Origin: an uncultured Desulfobulbus sp.
Lineage (GTDB): Bacteria; Desulfobacterota; Desulfobulbia; Desulfobulbales; Desulfobulbaceae
Length of the DNA: 64,000 nt
Direction: 5' to 3'
Assembly: GCF_963662935.2 (NCBI RefSeq)
Contig: NZ_CAXXTL010000001.1
Location: 525,056-589,055, forward strand
Shown here: in pieces, positions 59,748-64,000 of the stretch
Numbering within the stretch: position 1 is the stretch's first letter
Layout: every line of letters begins with the position of its first letter
Notes under the pieces: generated by a model
Told to the model about the DNA's origin: nothing
What the model saw: the letters and a program-made list of their open reading frames with translations, nothing else
Database searches by the model: none
Translations under genes and position numbers: made by a program

Positions 59748-61739
59748 TCAATGCTCCTGCAGCACTTCCCGTATTTTGATCGCCAGATCTTTTGTTGCGA
59801 AGGGTTTTTGAATGAAGTTTACGCCCGCCTTCAGGACACCCCGGTGGGCGATTACTTCGGCGGTGTAGCCGGACATGAACAAAATCTTCATGCCGGGATA
59901 GAGAGTTTGCAGCCATTCTGCCAGGTCCCGGCCATTCATTTCGGGCATGACCACATCGGTGAGTAGAAGGTGTATCTCACTTTCATGTTCCTTGGCGAGT
60001 TCGATAGCCGCGCCCGGTGTCCCCGCAGCTAACACCTGGTACCCTAATTTCCGCAGCATTGTTTGTGCCATCATCAAGAGCGCCGGTTCGTCTTCCACCA
60101 CCAGTACAGTTTCTCCCTGGCCCAAGGGAATGTCCAAGGCCTTGCTCTGCCAGGTAATGACAGCGTTATCCAGATGCTGGGGCAGGTAGATTTTAATGGT
60201 CGTTCCTTTCCCTGGTTCGCTGTAGACGTTGATAAATCCATTGTTTTGTTTAACTATGCCATACACCGTGGAAAGCCCCAGACCGGTCCCTTGGCCCTCT
60301 CCCTTGGTGGTGAAAAAGGGGTCAAAAATGTGATCCAGGACCTCCTTGTTCATGCCGCAACCATCGTCACTGACGGCCAGCAGCGCATACGCCCCTTCGA
60401 CAAACCCAAAATGATCAGCGCAGTAGGCCGCATCAAAAACAGCGTTCCTGGTTTCGATAGTGATCTTGCCAATCCCTGTAACGGCGTCCCTGGCGTTGAC
60501 ACAGAGATTGGCCAGGATCTGATCGACCTGCGTGGGATCCATCTTGATCGAGCCCAGGTTTGCTTTGGGAAGCCAGGCCAGATCAATATCCTCGCCAATA
60601 AGACGGCGGAGCATGTCGAGCATGCTCTCCACGGTCTTGTTCAGGTCAAGCACCACAGGGACAATCGTCTGTTTGCGAGCAAAAGCCAATAATTGGCGGG
60701 TGATAGCCGCGGAACGTTTCGCCGCCGTGATGATGATCTCAAGGTCGGTATGCAGAGGCTCACCCGGAGCCACCTTTTCCAGGGCCAGTTCCGCGTATCC
60801 GAGGATGACGCTGAGCATATTGTTGTAATCGTGAGCCACGCCCCCCGCCAGCAAACCCACCGCCTCCATTTTCTGGGCTTGTTGAAACTGGGCCGCCAGC
60901 CTAAGTTGCTCGGTGATGTCCCGTTTGACAGCCACATAGTTGACAATGTGTCCCGAAGCGTCGAGCACTGGCGAGATCGTCGTCTCTTCGCTGTAGAGAT
61001 TGCCGTCCTTGCGTTTGTTGACCAGGCGGCCAGCCCAGGTTCGACCGCTGGAGATGGTTTCCCAGAGCTCGTGATAAAAAAGTTCGTCATGTTTGCCACT
61101 CTTGAGGATGCGCGGGTTTCGACCGAGGATCTCATTGTGGCTGTAGCCGGTCATCTGCTCGAAAGCCGGATTGACGAACTCGATGTTTCCCTTGACATCG
61201 GTCACGACAATACCCTCGCCGGCCTGCTTGATGGCAGCCTGTAAACGCTTGCGCTCGGCATCGGCCCTTTTGCGAGCGGTGATGTCGCGGATGTTGCACT
61301 GAATCACCTTGCCGTGGTCCACGAGGTAGACGTTGCTGACGAACTCCACGGCAATAGGGAGCCCCGCACGGGTTTCCAGCGGCAAATCTTCGTAGCGGAT
61401 GTATTCGTTCTCCTGGAGCGTTTTGAATGCCTCCTGGGATGCGGCAATGTCCTTGAACACGCCGAGTTCCCAGATAAATTGGCCGCACAACTCGTCATAC
61501 GAAAAACCAAGTAACTGCACCAGGAAAGGATTGACATCAACCACCTTACCCGTTTCGGCATCAAGAATCAAAATACCGTCCCGGGCCGATTCGAAGAGCC
61601 GCCGGTAACGCTTCTCGGAATCTTGCAGCGTCTGTCTGATTGCCTCCTCTTGGTGCAGTTTTTTTTCCAGCAGGGCTATTTGCCGATGGAGGTCAGTGTC
61701 GGGGGAGGCGAGTTGGTTGGCAATAGGTGTGTCTGTCAT
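59748..61739 (-). CDS. Hybrid PAS-PAS histidine kinase / receiver
   Basis: Two PAS domains, AHDYNN (H box), NARDA, FFTTKG..GTGLGL and receiver VEDE / DVVMP / KPF. Confidence 0.95.
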   Translation of the reverse strand: MTDTPIANQLASPDTDLHRQIALLEKKLHQEEAIRQTLQDSEKRYRRLFESARDGILILDAETGKVVDVNPFLVQLLGFSYDELCGQFIWELGVFKDIAASQEAFKTLQENEYIRYEDLPLETRAGLPIAVEFVSNVYLVDHGKVIQCNIRDITARKRADAERKRLQAAIKQAGEGIVVTDVKGNIEFVNPAFEQMTGYSHNEILGRNPRILKSGKHDELFYHELWETISSGRTWAGRLVNKRKDGNLYSEETTISPVLDASGHIVNYVAVKRDITEQLRLAAQFQQAQKMEAVGLLAGGVAHDYNNMLSVILGYAELALEKVAPGEPLHTDLEIIITAAKRSAAITRQLLAFARKQTIVPVVLDLNKTVESMLDMLRRLIGEDIDLAWLPKANLGSIKMDPTQVDQILANLCVNARDAVTGIGKITIETRNAVFDAAYCADHFGFVEGAYALLAVSDDGCGMNKEVLDHIFDPFFTTKGEGQGTGLGLSTVYGIVKQNNGFINVYSEPGKGTTIKIYLPQHLDNAVITWQSKALDIPLGQGETVLVVEDEPALLMMAQTMLRKLGYQVLAAGTPGAAIELAKEHESEIHLLLTDVVMPEMNGRDLAEWLQTLYPGMKILFMSGYTAEVIAHRGVLKAGVNFIQKPFATKDLAIKIREVLQEH

Positions 61740-62380
61740 AGTTTCTAACCCTCGTTTCCTTGCCCAACGGCGAAGGAGCGTGGCTGCTCAGCTAAGGAAG
61801 ATGCCGCAATGCGCGGCCTCTGGTTCATTGATGCATTGGTTCGACTTCTCGTGCCTGCCGGGAAGGTTCATACCCGCGAAAATGGCCGGAATATTCCAAG
61901 GAGTGCGGAGCAAATAGGGTTAACCCCAACATTCATGTCAAAAGTGCAAACTCACATTGTTTTTTTTCGATAAAAACCTGTAATTAAAAGGTTACATTTC
62001 ATTGGCACTACTTTTTTCTGCCGGCCCGGCCTTGGTATCGTCAAAGCAAAATCCAATATTCGTCCAACCAAGGATTAAATTCATTAATTAGACGGTCAGC
62101 GAGAGTCGAGTCACGTGCCCACGACACACGGTTGCAAGCAGGAATCGGCAGGGGGGCGTCGGTCGGCCTTTGGAAGATAAATATTTTGTACGTCGTCAGG
62201 ACAAAAAGGGATTTTACGGCGAGGATATTTTTAGGTTAGTTTTTGATAGAGTTAAACCCAGCCCATGTTCGTCCTAGGTCGCCGACAACTTCGATTCTAA
62301 AAGTTCTCGTTATTTTGACTTATATTTTTAGAAAATGCTGCTCGGATAGCATAAACAGAAAATGTTGATAACAGCATGAT

Positions 62381-62782
62381 TTACTTGGCCCGAATAAACT
62401 CAACCGCAAAGGTTTTCTGAATGGCCGCCTGGAAATAGTTCCCATTTAGGTTGTCTGTATTGGGATCGTAATTCAGCGTATAAGTTGATCCTGGATAGTT
62501 GACGTCACGCAATTCCACAAATAGGGTGAGAGCTCCTTCCTTGCGCATTACTTCCGCCCTGGAGACATTTATTGGCCGGGGATTGAAGTAGGTTGCAGTC
62601 AGGCTTCCGTCCGCCTTGGTATCTTTCAGTTGCAGGATGTATCCGCCATCAGTCCGAACCCAGCTTCCCTCGATCTGCTTGCTGTCCACGGCTCCAAGAT
62701 TTTGTCCAGGCTCGGCCCAGGCTATTCCGATCGTCGTCGCTGCACTGATCAGACAAAAAACAACGACCGACAGTCCCCCCAA
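62381..62782 (-). CDS. Exported hypothetical protein
   Basis: Signal-like N-terminus; GSWVRTDGGY, YFNPRPINV and LRDVNYPGSTYTL. Start uncertain: an in-frame TGA at 62792-62794 separates it from an upstream ATG. Confidence 0.7.
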   Translation of the reverse strand: MGGLSVVVFCLISAATTIGIAWAEPGQNLGAVDSKQIEGSWVRTDGGYILQLKDTKADGSLTATYFNPRPINVSRAEVMRKEGALTLFVELRDVNYPGSTYTLNYDPNTDNLNGNYFQAAIQKTFAVEFIRAK

Positions 62783-62903
62783 AAGGTCTTCTCAAATTGA
62801 TTCCATTGACGATAGCCTGCGAAGGCCTGCCGGTTTACCTGTGCCAAAACTGTTCCTCATTCTGTTGATTGAGATGGAGACCTGCAACTTTGCGCCGCCT
62901 TTT

Positions 62904-64000
62904 TTAGAATCGATAGCTGTAATTGACCGAGATAAAATACATTTGTGGGTTGTCGTAACTTCCGGCCAGCACTTCCGGGTTGACTGCCTTACCATCCTCC
63001 ATCAATAAGTATTCAAAAGCTACACCCAGGGAAGAGCGTTCGCTGAGTTGCCGCTGCACGCCGGTGCCGAATCGCCAGGCAGCGCCAGAAGGTAAGACAA
63101 ACGAGATGTTGTCTTGATCGTCGTACATGCTGGTATCGTAGGCAACGCCGAAATTCAGTCGGGTATCGGCTGTCAGTTGATATTGGACACCTAAGGCACC
63201 ATGCCAGGTGTCCTGAAGATCCAGCCTGGATGTTTGGGTAACTGGACCGACGGTGATTTCCATCTCGCTGAGTGTGCTCCAGTCCTGCCACCCCAGTTCG
63301 CCCAGGAGTGACCAATGGTCGTTGAGGACCTGCACCGCACTGAACATGATCTGTTGCGGTGCATCCAACATGGCGTTAATCGGGAGTGACCACGCTCTGC
63401 CAGTTGGCAAAGTGCCGTTTGCATCAACATCAAAGTTGTAATCCACCTTGCTGGTATAGGTCAGGCCAAGGCGGGTTCGCGCCGACGGCTCAAACAAAAC
63501 GCCGACTTTTACATTGGGGGCGATATCAGTATCGTCTAATTCGACTTCGTCACCGCCGAAAACCGCCAGTTTATCTCGGGTGAGTGAGAAGATACCATAA
63601 TTGATTCCCAATCCTGCGCCGATCGACCATTTATTGCTCATCCGATAGGCCAGGGAAGGTTGGAGGGTGAGACCCATCAAGGTGGCGTCCTTCACCAAAT
63701 TGTGCCCCGACCAATTGTCATCAAAACTCATGCTCAGGCCGAAATTGCCATACAGGGCCATGCCGAGTTTCAGGTCATCGCTGACACTATGGCTGTAAAA
63801 CAGGCTGCTCCCTGGCAGCCAGCCGACGATATTACCCGGTCCATTCAGGTTGGAGTCGTTCAATTCATATTCCAAATCCCCATATAAGAGTTGTGCCCCG
63901 ATTACCATCTGATTGCCTTGCAGACGGGTCATGCCGGCAGGATTGCTGGCAATGGTCGACGCATCCTGGGCACGGGCAGCACTGCCGGCATTGGCGAGGC
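62904..64000 (-). CDS. FadL/OmpP1-family outer membrane transporter (5' end outside window)
   Basis: Frame open to the edge: GLANAGSAARAQDASTIASNPAGM; beta-strand pattern; C-terminal YSYRF. Confidence 0.9.
   Translation of the reverse strand, partial: LANAGSAARAQDASTIASNPAGMTRLQGNQMVIGAQLLYGDLEYELNDSNLNGPGNIVGWLPGSSLFYSHSVSDDLKLGMALYGNFGLSMSFDDNWSGHNLVKDATLMGLTLQPSLAYRMSNKWSIGAGLGINYGIFSLTRDKLAVFGGDEVELDDTDIAPNVKVGVLFEPSARTRLGLTYTSKVDYNFDVDANGTLPTGRAWSLPINAMLDAPQQIMFSAVQVLNDHWSLLGELGWQDWSTLSEMEITVGPVTQTSRLDLQDTWHGALGVQYQLTADTRLNFGVAYDTSMYDDQDNISFVLPSGAAWRFGTGVQRQLSERSSLGVAFEYLLMEDGKAVNPEVLAGSYDNPQMYFISVNYSYRF

Noticed and set aside
1-64000. CRISPR arrays, tRNA/rRNA genes and riboswitches
   Set aside because: No spaced repeats or recognisable RNA signatures were found by eye; a covariance search was not possible.

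Overview
This bacterial window looks like a Desulfobacterota (Desulfobulbales-like) anaerobe; that assignment is an inference from gene content and style. It is a mosaic accessory region. (1) 1-11.9 kb, minus strand: the 5' part of a type VI secretion locus (pppA-like phosphatase, Ser/Thr kinase, two lipoproteins, an S41 peptidase, two FHA proteins, tssJ, tssK, tssL, tssM running off the edge). (2) 12.4-18 kb: a selenocysteine formate dehydrogenase operon fdnGHI with an in-frame UGA and SECIS hairpin, followed by a frameshifted fdhE. (3) 18-27.5 kb: assorted genes, an IS200-type element, IS110 and IS481 remnants and a group II intron 5' fragment. (4) 27.5-47.8 kb, the most interesting part: a convergent lipid biosynthesis cluster. 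It joins an unusual type I PKS/FAS (tandem FabK-like ER-ER-KS-AT-ACP-KR-DH) and its PPTase to what looks like a full bacterial ceramide pathway: a FAAL-ACP-serine palmitoyltransferase-like fusion, a bCerS-like GNAT and a CerR-like reductase. It also carries a GT-B-like enzyme, a HAD phosphatase, a radical SAM/SPASM enzyme, a ferredoxin and an ABC exporter. (5) 48-64 kb: an IS3 element joining two truncated genes, cardiolipin synthase, small secreted proteins, a sigma-54 activator, a hybrid kinase, a FadL-like porin and several decaying genes. No rRNA, tRNA or CRISPR array was seen. All family calls come from motifs recognised by eye, not from database searches.
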